The notes under the pieces: model-generated
Told to the model about the DNA's origin: nothing
The model's database searches: none
What the model saw: only the letters and a program-made list of their open reading frames with translations
Virus record (IMG/VR): IMGVR_UViG_3300036398_003753
Location: 1-61,520 of that record
Source of the DNA: a virus
Taxonomy: Duplodnaviria; Caudoviricetes
DNA length: 61,520 nucleotides
Strand: one strand, 5' to 3'
Program-made: the position numbers and the translations under genes
Part shown: positions 27,856 through 36,161 of the stretch, one piece after another
Position numbering within the stretch: position 1 is the first letter of the stretch
Layout: each line of letters opens with the position of its first letter

Positions 27856-28298
27856 GATTGCCCCTTCAGTGCCAGACCCTTGCTGTGCAAGTATTCCTTG
27901 AGCTCGTTGACCGACTTGCGGCCCAGGTTCGGGACCCTGAGCAGCTGCCACTCCGTCCAGCACACCACATGCTCGTGCATCGTGATGCCCTCGGCATACA
28001 AAGCATTGAGCAGGCGCACCGTGAGCACGCCATCATCAAACGGGGTGACCCCCTTGACCCCGTGGTGCGGCACCCGGCGGTTTTCATAAACCACCACCGT
28101 GTCGTTCTCCACCAAGGGCTGAGGCAAGATGCCCAGCGTGTCGAATACCTCCAGCGACACCAGCTCGTACTGCCGCATGCCCTCGACACGCAGCATCTCC
28201 AACAGGTTTTCCGCCAAAACCTTGTCCGTATAAGCCCGAGGCAACACCCCGGAGCCACTGTTGTCGGCCTCATACCAACGAATTGCATAAATGTTCAT
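27852..28298 (-). CDS. Protein with RNA polymerase alpha-subunit C-terminal domain homologue
   Basis: LTVRLLNALYAEGI...LLRVPNLGRKSVNELKEYL vs RpoA LTVRSANCLKAEAI...LLKTPNLGKKSLTEIKDVL. Confidence 0.85.
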   Translation of the reverse strand: MNIYAIRWYEADNSGSGVLPRAYTDKVLAENLLEMLRVEGMRQYELVSLEVFDTLGILPQPLVENDTVVVYENRRVPHHGVKGVTPFDDGVLTVRLLNALYAEGITMHEHVVCWTEWQLLRVPNLGRKSVNELKEYLHSKGLALKGQS

Positions 28299-28630
28299 TG
28301 CGCATCCTTCCAATCCAAGAATTTCTCGTAACCCTCGTCCCAAGCCCGGTCATCCGCCTCCTCAGCAGCCTGATCCGCGACCCACTCCTCCATCGCCAAA
28401 CGCAACCCGTCATCCAACACCGGGGAAATGTCCACGTTGGAATTGGGCAGATACACGTGGTACAAGGTCCACGTAGCCGGGTAATCAGGCTCCAACTGCT
28501 CACCGAACCTGCTGCGAGCACCGCGCTCCGCGGCCTCGTACTCGAACCAGCAAGCCAGATCAACACCTAACTCGTCACAGGTGTAGCGAAACAGCAACAG
28601 GCCGTCCTTCGTGTGGTCAACAGAAGTCAT
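28295..28630 (-). CDS. Hypothetical acidic protein
   Basis: 111 aa, coupled ORF. Confidence 0.65.
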   Translation of the reverse strand: MTSVDHTKDGLLLFRYTCDELGVDLACWFEYEAAERGARSRFGEQLEPDYPATWTLYHVYLPNSNVDISPVLDDGLRLAMEEWVADQAAEEADDRAWDEGYEKFLDWKDAQ

Positions 28631-28818
28631 ACAAAACCCTTCAAAAAAGCAAAAAGACGTGTGGAAATAGGACCGCGGCCACGGGACTTGGACAACAAAG
28701 CAGTCTGCAAGTTGTACGCATCGCGGCTCGGGGACCAGGACTGCGTACGGATGTGAGCAAGACCAATCAAGACCTTGCCCGTGTTGTAGGGCGGTACAGA
28801 GCGGCCTACGGTAGACAT
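28627..28818 (-). CDS. Hypothetical protein
   Basis: PPYNTGKVLIG...LQTALL; start placed at MSTVGR. Confidence 0.55.
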   Translation of the reverse strand: MSTVGRSVPPYNTGKVLIGLAHIRTQSWSPSRDAYNLQTALLSKSRGRGPISTRLFAFLKGFV

Positions 28819-28837
28819 AGAACCGCCTACAGGGGGT

Positions 28838-29080
28838 TTAGTGGGTTGCACGAGGGGTAGCCTCCACAAGTGAGTCAAAAGCCGCTCCAACGCCCTCCAG
28901 GAGGGTCTCCCGGGGCATGTCGATGCACTTGGCCATGACGGCTGTCGCCAACATGGTCACCACAATGGCCTCAAAGGGCTCTTGGTCTTGCATGAGTTTG
29001 AGCAAGAGAAGCTGTGCACGGTCCGTGGACCGGGACAGGAGCTTTTCCATGTCGAGTTTTTCAAGTTTGTCAGCAGTCAT
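28838..29080 (-). CDS. Hypothetical protein, first gene of leftward operon
   Basis: GAAAGGATAG RBS and sigma70 promoter upstream. Confidence 0.65.
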   Translation of the reverse strand: MTADKLEKLDMEKLLSRSTDRAQLLLLKLMQDQEPFEAIVVTMLATAVMAKCIDMPRETLLEGVGAAFDSLVEATPRATH

Positions 29081-29084
29081 TGCG

Positions 29085-29147
29085 CTATCCTTTCTTAAGT
29101 TGCAGAGATTGCAGGTGAATTATAAGCGGTACTGGGTTTTATGGCAA
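29085..29147 (-). promoter_or_regulatory. Sigma70-type promoter and RBS of leftward accessory operon
   Basis: Minus strand TTGCCA-17 bp-TATAAT, then GAAAGGATAG. Confidence 0.75.
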
Positions 29148-29268
29148 GTGCGGAAAGTGGTTTAAAACGTAGGGGGAAACCCTTAGAAGGGACCGTGGAC
29201 CGGGGGAAAAGGGGCCGGTATATAGGGGTCTCCGTACTATTGTGTGTTTTGTTTTTTTTGAAACCATT

Positions 29269-29295
29269 TAGACGTGATAGACGTAATAGACGTAA
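29269..29295. repeat. Three tandem 9-bp repeats TAGACGT(G/A)A; candidate origin iterons
   Basis: TAGACGTGA TAGACGTAA TAGACGTAA next to T-rich tracts in a divergent non-coding gap. Confidence 0.6.
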
Positions 29296-29518
29296 GAGTG
29301 AGCATTTATGCGGGTTGCAGGTGTGACAGTACATCACGTTGACAGATAGATGTAAGAAATTTTCAGGGGAGATCCGTGAGATGCTTTTTGAAAAAACTTT
29401 TTCTGTTTTTAGTGAAAAAAAGTCTATAGGGGGCCCTGGATTGGATTGGAGCCTGCCTCCCTTGTTTTGGGGCGCTGCCCCTGGTACACTCGGTGCAGTA
29501 GCTTACAGGAGCGTAAAA

Positions 29519-29734
29519 ATGTTTCAGATTGAGTCGGGCGTAGAGATGCCTGTGGGGCGCACAAAGTACCCCTTTGCTGACATGCATCCAGGGGATTCGA
29601 TCCGTTTTGGCAACGAGAAGCTGGCCAACAGTGCCCGGGTATCGGCCATGCGGTTTGTTCGTGCGCATGCCCCTGATTGGTCGTTTCAGTTACGCCGGGT
29701 TGAGAACGGCTGGCGCTTATGGAGGGTCGCATGA
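29519..29734 (+). CDS. Small putative DNA-binding protein
   Basis: KYPFADMHPGDS...GWRLWRVA; AGGAG RBS. Confidence 0.7.
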   Translation: MFQIESGVEMPVGRTKYPFADMHPGDSIRFGNEKLANSARVSAMRFVRAHAPDWSFQLRRVENGWRLWRVA

Positions 29735-30402
29735 AGCGGGACGTGTGGAACGTGCCGCCTGTCATTGGCAACAAGGCACAAAAGCGCATGTCTGGCCAGG
29801 TAGCGCCCCTGCGTAAGCAAAAGGTCTTGTCTGGCAAGGAGTGGAAGTTCGTCACAGAGCTTGTCACAGGGGATGGCCGGGTGACTTTGAAGGAAGCGGC
29901 CATCAGGGCCGGGTACAAGCCCACAAGCGCATCAGTGATGGCTTGGAAGCTGACAAACCCGGAAATCAATCCTCACGTGGTTTCAGCCATCCAGGCGTAT
30001 CGGGCAGAGCTCAACAGCAAATACAACACCTCGTATGACAGGCACATGCGGGACTTGCAGACCATCCGGGACAAAGCCCTGGAAGCTGGGGCTTATGCTG
30101 CTGCCGTACAGGCAGAATATCGCCGTGGGCAAGCCCTGGGCACAATCTACGTTGATCGCAAGGAAATCAGGCATGGAACAATTGACTCGATGTCCAAAGA
30201 GGAAGTGCAGCGCAAGCTGGATGAGCTGCGCGCCCTGTATGGGGGACCGCCCCCGAGCGCGCTCATTGATGCCAGCACTGGCCAGGTGATCGAAAGTGTC
30301 GAGCGTGAACGGGACCCGGCTTTTGTCTCTCCAGTGGCGGAACCTCCCCCGGATATCTTTGAACGGGACAACGATTTGGGACCCGACGATGACAACGCCT
30401 GA
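29731..30402 (+). CDS. terS: Terminase small subunit
   Basis: KFVTEL...EAAIRAGY HTH; AAAVQAEYRRGQALG; IDSMSKEEV. Confidence 0.75.
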   Translation: MKRDVWNVPPVIGNKAQKRMSGQVAPLRKQKVLSGKEWKFVTELVTGDGRVTLKEAAIRAGYKPTSASVMAWKLTNPEINPHVVSAIQAYRAELNSKYNTSYDRHMRDLQTIRDKALEAGAYAAAVQAEYRRGQALGTIYVDRKEIRHGTIDSMSKEEVQRKLDELRALYGGPPPSALIDASTGQVIESVERERDPAFVSPVAEPPPDIFERDNDLGPDDDNA

Positions 30403-30811
30403 AGCCGCCTTTGCCGCCCGTGTGCGTGACGGGCTTCGCCCTTTTGACATTGACACTGAGCGGATTGAAAACCGCGTGAATCTGGGCGTGTCTGACATGC
30501 TGGTGGGCGCGGGGGATCGCTTTGTCTCGATTGAGTTGAAAGCGGTTTCGCGTGGCTTGAAGGTCGCGCTTCGCCCTCATCAGATTGCTTTCCTGACTCG
30601 CCATGCCGCCCGGGGTCGCCCGTGCTACGTGCTGGTGCATCAGGTGAGCACGGTTGTTCGCCCTGGCCGGATCGCTTTGTACCATGGCCGACAGGCGATA
30701 GAGCTGGCCGAACAGGGTTTGCGCCTTGAGCCCCTGGCCGCATGGCCTAATCGGGGCATGCCCTGGGTAGAGTTGGCCGATATATTATCAGGGAAATCAC
30801 CGATAAAATAA
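30389..30811 (+). CDS. PD-(D/E)XK nuclease (VRR-NUC / Holliday-junction resolvase-like)
   Basis: E...RIEN...GVSD...IELK...LRPHQIAF. Confidence 0.75.
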   Translation: MTTPEAAFAARVRDGLRPFDIDTERIENRVNLGVSDMLVGAGDRFVSIELKAVSRGLKVALRPHQIAFLTRHAARGRPCYVLVHQVSTVVRPGRIALYHGRQAIELAEQGLRLEPLAAWPNRGMPWVELADILSGKSPIK

Positions 30812-30812
30812 T

Positions 30813-30882
30813 TTGCACGGCTGTTTATTTGCTGCTATGATAGCGGCACCGGACAACATCCGGCAACACAGAAAGGATAGAG
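30813..30882 (+). promoter_or_regulatory. Early cassette 1: promoter, 5' hairpin, RBS
   Basis: TTGCAC-17-TATGAT (TGn extended), CCGGA-CAACA-TCCGG, GAAAGGATAGAG. Confidence 0.75.
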
Positions 30883-30884
30883 TC

Positions 30885-31580
30885 ATGTTGAAAACAATTC
30901 GCGTTTCCTCAAATAGCAAAACCGGCCCAATTGCAACTACTTACCGTAGTGGGGCACATAACATTTATGGCACTTGCCCCCGATCCTGTGCTTTGCATCC
31001 GAAAAGCGAAGCGACCACGTCCGTGGTGGATGTTGAGTACCTAAATGCAGTCGCTGACGCCGTGCCCCGTAACGGCCAGGCTTGGACTTATTCACATTTC
31101 CCCGCTGAAGCCTTGCCAACGCCAAAACCGGGCAAAACTGTTTTTAATGCGTCATGCGATAGCAAGGCCGAAGCCTTGCGCACTGTAGAGCTGTGCCGCC
31201 CGGCGGTATATGCTGCCCCTAAGTCTGAAGAGAATGATTTCCCGCTGATGTATGGCGGTATTCAATTTGTCCGCTGCCCCGCTGAGCTTTCCGAATCGTT
31301 TGATTGTTCGCAGTGTGGCGGAGGGCGGCCATTGTGCGCCCGTGGCGACCGCGATTATGTAATCGTTTTTGTGGCGCATGGCAGTCAGGCTAAAAAAGTC
31401 GGTACAGGCGAGGGCGGATGCTATGCAGCTAATGGACATACTGCTATCGCATGGCATGGCACTAAAAAGAACGGAGCCCCTAATGATGCCGCCGCGGTGC
31501 GCTTATTTGCTAATTCGCTGCCGCTTGGGTCTCTGTTGCGTCACCATGTCGCCGGTGATATCGGCATGGAGACGGCCTAA
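30885..31580 (+). CDS. Cys-rich phage early protein (DUF7227-like)
   Basis: SSNSKTGPI, TCP..C, WTYSH, CPAE...C..C...LC, LRHHVAGD. Confidence 0.65.
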   Translation: MLKTIRVSSNSKTGPIATTYRSGAHNIYGTCPRSCALHPKSEATTSVVDVEYLNAVADAVPRNGQAWTYSHFPAEALPTPKPGKTVFNASCDSKAEALRTVELCRPAVYAAPKSEENDFPLMYGGIQFVRCPAELSESFDCSQCGGGRPLCARGDRDYVIVFVAHGSQAKKVGTGEGGCYAANGHTAIAWHGTKKNGAPNDAAAVRLFANSLPLGSLLRHHVAGDIGMETA

Positions 31581-31645
31581 TGTTCTTCGCCCTGGCTGTT
31601 TTTATCTTGCTGTGGCTAATAGTTGACCTATTCAAAGGGGATTAG
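31580..31645 (+). CDS. 21-aa hydrophobic peptide (not in ORF track)
   Basis: TAATG coupling; MFFALAVFILLWLIVDLFKGD. Confidence 0.45.
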   Translation: MFFALAVFILLWLIVDLFKGD

Positions 31646-31712
31646 CACGGCTGTTCAATTTGGGTATATAATTCAATCACCGGAATAAACCGGCAACACT
31701 GAAAGGATAGAG
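31643..31712 (+). promoter_or_regulatory. Early cassette 2: promoter, hairpin, RBS
   Basis: TAGCAC...TATAAT (31667-72), CCGG-AATAAA-CCGG, GAAAGGATAGAG. Confidence 0.7.
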
Positions 31713-31714
31713 AA

Positions 31715-32677
31715 ATGGCACATATGATCGACACCACTACAGGCAAGGCCGCCATGGCTTACGCTGGCAATACTCCCTGGCACGGTTTGGGCCAAGCCCT
31801 GACGCCTGATGCATCAATCGAAACATGGACCCGCGAAGCCGGTTTAGATTACACAGTCAAGGAATCCCCCGTACTGTTTCAGACTGACGCGGCCACACTG
31901 CCGGAGGAATTCAAGGGCCGTAAAGTTTTGCACCGCTCAGACACTGGCGGGGCACTGGCTGTAGTGTCTGACGGGTACCGCGTGGTGCAACCAGCTGACG
32001 TTATGGGCTTTTTCGGAAAGCTGGTGGAGCTGGGCGGGTTTCAAATGGAAACCGCCGGAGTGCTCAGCCATGGCCGCCGGGTTTGGGCACTGGCGAAAGT
32101 GAATCAGGGCGCGGATATCGTAGAGGGTGACACCGTGCGCCCTTATGTGCTGCTGGGCACGTCATACGATGGAACAATGGCCACTGTGGCTAAATTCACG
32201 TCAATCCGCGTAGTGTGCAATAACACCATTACCGCGGCATTAGGCCGGGAAAATGCTGGCACTGTTCGAGTGCTGCACTCTGAGCGCTTTAACCCTGACG
32301 CGGTCCGCATGGAGCTGGGCATTGTGGGCGATAACTGGGAGCGGTTTTTGATCCAGTCTCGCAAGCTGGCGGGCGAAAACTTGTCAGCAACTGATGCCGA
32401 TATGTTTGTTCGTTCGCTGCTGCAGCCATACCACACCAGCAAGGTGCCAATGAATGAAACCCGCGGATATAAGCGGATTATGGAATTGTTCAACGGCCAG
32501 GCTATCGGCGCGGATATCCCCGGGGTGTCTGGCACCCGCTGGGCTATGCTCAACGCTGTGACCGAAATGGTGGACCATGAGCGGGGCCGTTCGAACAATA
32601 CCCGCATGGAGTCCGCATGGTTTGGCACTGGCGCGGCCATTAAAAATAAGGCACTGGAGCTGTTAGCTGTTAACTAA
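31715..32677 (+). CDS. DUF932 (phage/plasmid TIGR03299-like) protein
   Basis: TPWHGLG, ETAGVL..GRRVWALA, SYDG...RVVCNNT, TRWAMLNAVTE..DH. Confidence 0.88.
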   Translation: MAHMIDTTTGKAAMAYAGNTPWHGLGQALTPDASIETWTREAGLDYTVKESPVLFQTDAATLPEEFKGRKVLHRSDTGGALAVVSDGYRVVQPADVMGFFGKLVELGGFQMETAGVLSHGRRVWALAKVNQGADIVEGDTVRPYVLLGTSYDGTMATVAKFTSIRVVCNNTITAALGRENAGTVRVLHSERFNPDAVRMELGIVGDNWERFLIQSRKLAGENLSATDADMFVRSLLQPYHTSKVPMNETRGYKRIMELFNGQAIGADIPGVSGTRWAMLNAVTEMVDHERGRSNNTRMESAWFGTGAAIKNKALELLAVN

Positions 32678-32838
32678 TGAAAACCCGGGGCCGATAGTCT
32701 CGGGCTATCGAGTGAAACCATGCGGAAAACTCATGGTTTTTCCCGGTTAGTTGCGGCATGGAGAAACCAGGCCCGCGGTCCCCCTCGCTTTTCCCCTAAA
32801 ACGTGGCGCGCGCCCCGCGCGCCGCGGTCCGTGGGCCA

Positions 32839-32854
32839 TGTTTCACGTGAAACA
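32839..32854. promoter_or_regulatory. parS: parS site (perfect chromosomal consensus) inside a 28-bp palindrome
   Basis: TGTTTCACGTGAAACA within GGGCCATGTTTCACGTGAAACATGGCCC (32833-32860). Confidence 0.85.
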
Positions 32855-32928
32855 TGGCCCGGGCCCCGGGGCTATGGCCCCGGGCGTGGCGATTGATAAA
32901 TTTAATTGGCCGCGGCCCGTGGTGGCCG

Positions 32929-32988
32929 TGCTATAATAGCGGCACTGGTGCGGGGGTCCCCGCACCGGGTAACCTTGAAAGGATAGAG
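32929..32988 (+). promoter_or_regulatory. Early cassette 3
   Basis: TGC-TATAAT, hairpin GGTGCGGG-GGTC-CCCGCACC, GAAAGGATAGAG. Confidence 0.75.
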
Positions 32989-32991
32989 AAA

Positions 32992-33249
32992 ATGCAAATC
33001 GAACAAGTCGCCATGGCCGTGGTCAACGACCCGGCCACCGAACAGGCCCGGCTAATGGCCCTCGCCACCTGGCTCGCTGGCCGGGATAGTGCTGCCGTGC
33101 ATATGCTGCTGATCCCGGTTTTTGCTGAGCTTCGCAAACCGATTTATGAGGGCGTCCAGTTTGACGGGTCGTCATGGCAAGCCGCCGCCCGGGTGCTGGA
33201 TTGGCAGATTGATAACGCTATCGCTGAGCGTGAAGGGGGTGCAGCATGA
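32992..33249 (+). CDS. Hypothetical early protein
   Basis: Start MQIEQV after cassette RBS. Confidence 0.7.
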   Translation: MQIEQVAMAVVNDPATEQARLMALATWLAGRDSAAVHMLLIPVFAELRKPIYEGVQFDGSSWQAAARVLDWQIDNAIAEREGGAA

Positions 33250-33470
33250 TCGAATTCGCCGCCCGTCCTACCGCCGCCCAGATCACCGCCGCCATTAAGC
33301 AGGGCCTGGCCCGGCGAGACCGGGCCATTGAGATTCGCTGGGGGGAAAACTGGATCGAGGTTATCTGGACCCCGCACGGCCTGATCGGGTCCGGGTGGAT
33401 CGGTAAGCACTCGGGGCAAGATATCGCCGAAGATATTGCAAGAAAGTTCCCCGCACTGGTGGAAGCCTGA
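33246..33470 (+). CDS. Hypothetical early protein
   Basis: ATGA coupling; WGENWIE...GSGWIGKHSGQD. Confidence 0.65.
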   Translation: MIEFAARPTAAQITAAIKQGLARRDRAIEIRWGENWIEVIWTPHGLIGSGWIGKHSGQDIAEDIARKFPALVEA

Positions 33471-33523
33471 TATAATAGTGGCACTGGGGCAGCGGCCCCA
33501 GTATCAACCCAGAAAGGATAGAG
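33468..33523 (+). promoter_or_regulatory. Early cassette 4
   Basis: TGA-TATAAT, hairpin ACTGGGGC-AGCG-GCCCCAGT, GAAAGGATAGAG. Confidence 0.75.
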
Positions 33524-33525
33524 TC

Positions 33526-33930
33526 ATGACAAACCCATTCGCACAACACCGCTCAGCCCTGTTCGCGGAGCGCGAGACAATTGACGAAGCTCTCAATTAT
33601 GCCCATGAGGTGCTCGCCTCACTGGTGGGTAGCGACCGCGCTGCTGCCATGACCGCGGTCATGGTGCTGGTCAACACTGCCGCGAAACTCTGGCCTGCAC
33701 CTGTCCAGGCGGATCCGGCCCGTGCCCTACTGGCGGACATTGTCCGCCAAATGGTCGAGGAGACTGTCGGAGATCTCGACTCCAAAATGGACGCGTGGGC
33801 GATGAACTCGCTGGTGTTCGAAGACGCATGCGACAGCCGGGTCGAGCGCTGGATCGAGAATGAGCTAGACATCAGTGACCAGATCGAGAGCGCCATTACG
33901 GAAATGGACCTAGTGGTAAGAGTCCGATAA
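33526..33930 (+). CDS. Hypothetical early protein (acidic C-terminus)
   Basis: Start MTNPFAQ after cassette RBS. Confidence 0.7.
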   Translation: MTNPFAQHRSALFAERETIDEALNYAHEVLASLVGSDRAAAMTAVMVLVNTAAKLWPAPVQADPARALLADIVRQMVEETVGDLDSKMDAWAMNSLVFEDACDSRVERWIENELDISDQIESAITEMDLVVRVR

Positions 33931-33936
33931 AAATAT

Positions 33937-34016
33937 TTGACACGGGGCCAAAACCCCGTGTTATAATAGTCCCACTGTGTCAACCGACACAGTACAACCA
34001 ACCATAGAGGATAGAG
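33937..34016 (+). promoter_or_regulatory. Early cassette 5
   Basis: TTGACA-19-TATAAT (TGn extended), hairpin ACTGTGTC-AACC-GACACAGT, TAGAGGATAGAG. Confidence 0.75.
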
Positions 34017-34019
34017 ACC

Positions 34020-34322
34020 ATGAGCAAGATCATCACAATCGACAGCAGCCGTTACATCCTGCCAGAGGGCATGACCACTAAAGACATTCAAGCATTGGCA
34101 GGCATGCTGATCAGTCTGACTAAGGTGGAGCACTGCTACCTGTACCCCAACTATGACAGCCTGTTTTATGCGGGTGAAGGTGTCCAGGTGGGCGTGAGCA
34201 CTGCTACACTCATGACCAAAGAAGAGGCGAAGGCCAAAAGCGCCGCGAGCCGCGAAGCAGAAGACGCGAAGAAAGCAGCGCAGGCAGCTGGAGATCTGCT
34301 GACAGCGCATGTAGTCAGCTAA
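34020..34322 (+). CDS. Hypothetical early protein
   Basis: 100 aa after cassette RBS. Confidence 0.7.
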   Translation: MSKIITIDSSRYILPEGMTTKDIQALAGMLISLTKVEHCYLYPNYDSLFYAGEGVQVGVSTATLMTKEEAKAKSAASREAEDAKKAAQAAGDLLTAHVVS

Positions 34323-34361
34323 GGCATAGGGGCCACGGCCCCTAGCACACTCTGACCCACT

Positions 34362-34389
34362 CGCCTGTCGCGCCAGCGACAGGCGTTTT
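34362..34389 (+). terminator. Intrinsic terminator closing the early island
   Basis: CGCCTGTCGC-GCCA-GCGACAGGCG-TTTT; a second hairpin at 34327-34344. Confidence 0.75.
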
Positions 34390-34647
34390 CCCCGAATTTT
34401 TTCCCTCAAATGGTGGTGGCGGGGGTGGGTGGGCCCGCCTTACCTCTACGTGTGTATCTATCTATGACTTTCAGACAGGGGGAGGGCCATAAACAACCCG
34501 TCAGTAATAGAGATCAACCTATGTCCTATTTCTGCCCCAGATTTTGTCCAGGAAAACTTGACCCCCCCCACCCCCTAAAACAGGCCCCCTTGTTTTCAAA
34601 ACGCCAACCCCGGGTTAGTATTCGCAAAATTCAAAACCTGGTCCACG

Positions 34648-36117
34648 ATGCACAACACTTTGCCCAAAGATGCCGAAGAAGAAATGCTGCGCCTGCAACT
34701 GCGGCTCCAGCTCCTCGAGGCGCACGAAAAGTCCACCAATAACTTCCTGGACTTCTGCCGTTTTGTCTGGCCCGAAATGCTTGTTGGGGAACACCACCGC
34801 ATCATCGCGAAAGCCCTTGACCGAGTCATCTCTGGCGAATGCAAACGCTTGATGATTGCGATGCCTCCCCGGCACGGTAAGTCACAAATGGGCAGCTATC
34901 TGTTTCCTGCTTACGTCATGGGGAAAAAACCCGACGCCAAGCTGATCGTCGGCTCGCACACCGCGGAGCTCGCTCAACGCTTCGGTCGTATGATCCGAAA
35001 CCTCGTGGACGACGAGAAGTACAAAGAGCTCTTCCCTGGCATGCAGCTGTCCATTGACTCCAAGGCTGCTGGTCGGTGGAACACGGCCCAAGGCGGTGAA
35101 GCCTTCTTCATTGGTAAGGGCGGCGCGATGACCGGGCGCGGCGGTAATATTGTCATCTTGGACGACATCTTGGACGAACAGGACGCTCTGTCTGACACGG
35201 CCATGGAGAACACGTGGGAGTGGTACACCTCTGGTCCTCGTCAGCGATTGCAGCCAGGCGGCGCGATCATTGTGATCAACACCCGTTGGAAGACAGACGA
35301 CCTCTCTGGCCGCCTGTTGAAACAGCAGGGATACCTGAAGTCTGATCAGTGGGAAGTGCTGGAGTTCCCTGCAATCCTTCCCAGCAACAAACCCCTCTGG
35401 CCAGAGTATTGGCCGATTGAGGAACTGGAGAAGGTCAAGGTCTCCATTGGTCTGAAGAAGTGGAACGCCCAGTGGCAGCAGCAACCCACGAACGACGAAG
35501 GTGCTGTCTTGAAGCGCAACTGGTGGCGCAAGTGGACACACGACGATCCGCCGTACTGTGAATACATGCTGCAGACCATGGACACGGCGTACTCCAAAAA
35601 GGAGACCGCCGACTTCTCGGTCATCGCAACGTGGGGCGTGTTCACCCCTGATGCTGACTCGGGCCCCAACCTCATCTTGCTGAACGTGCGCAAGGGTCGC
35701 TGGGATTTCCCGGAACTGAAAAGAGTCGCGCGCGACGAGTACCAGTATTGGAAGCCCGATAACGTCCTGATCGAGGCCAAGGCCACCGGCACGCCACTCC
35801 AGCAGGAACTCCGCCGGATCGGGGTCCCCGTCACGATGTACTCTCCTGGCGGAAGGCGGGCCGGGCAGGATAAGCTGGCACGTGCGAACGCGGTTGCACC
35901 TCTGTTGGAATCGGGCATGGTTTGGTATCCCGAGGGCAAGGAATGGGCCGAGGAGCTTGTTGAGGAATGCGCGGCCTTTCCCAACGGTGCCAATGATGAC
36001 CAGGTGGACGTTACGACAATGGCTTTGGCCAGATTCCGTCAGGGCAACTTTGTTGCTTTGGACTCGGACGACAACGACGAGCCGGAGCCATCAACCGAGG
36101 CGGTTGAGTATTATTGA
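34648..36117 (+). CDS. terL: Terminase large subunit
   Basis: MPPRHGKS Walker A, ILDD Walker B, DTAYS...ADFS, IEAKATG, NDDQVD. Confidence 0.96.
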   Translation: MHNTLPKDAEEEMLRLQLRLQLLEAHEKSTNNFLDFCRFVWPEMLVGEHHRIIAKALDRVISGECKRLMIAMPPRHGKSQMGSYLFPAYVMGKKPDAKLIVGSHTAELAQRFGRMIRNLVDDEKYKELFPGMQLSIDSKAAGRWNTAQGGEAFFIGKGGAMTGRGGNIVILDDILDEQDALSDTAMENTWEWYTSGPRQRLQPGGAIIVINTRWKTDDLSGRLLKQQGYLKSDQWEVLEFPAILPSNKPLWPEYWPIEELEKVKVSIGLKKWNAQWQQQPTNDEGAVLKRNWWRKWTHDDPPYCEYMLQTMDTAYSKKETADFSVIATWGVFTPDADSGPNLILLNVRKGRWDFPELKRVARDEYQYWKPDNVLIEAKATGTPLQQELRRIGVPVTMYSPGGRRAGQDKLARANAVAPLLESGMVWYPEGKEWAEELVEECAAFPNGANDDQVDVTTMALARFRQGNFVALDSDDNDEPEPSTEAVEYY

Positions 36118-36161
36118 CAGCGGGACTAAAATGGCCCATCTTCTCTCACGGACCACGAACC

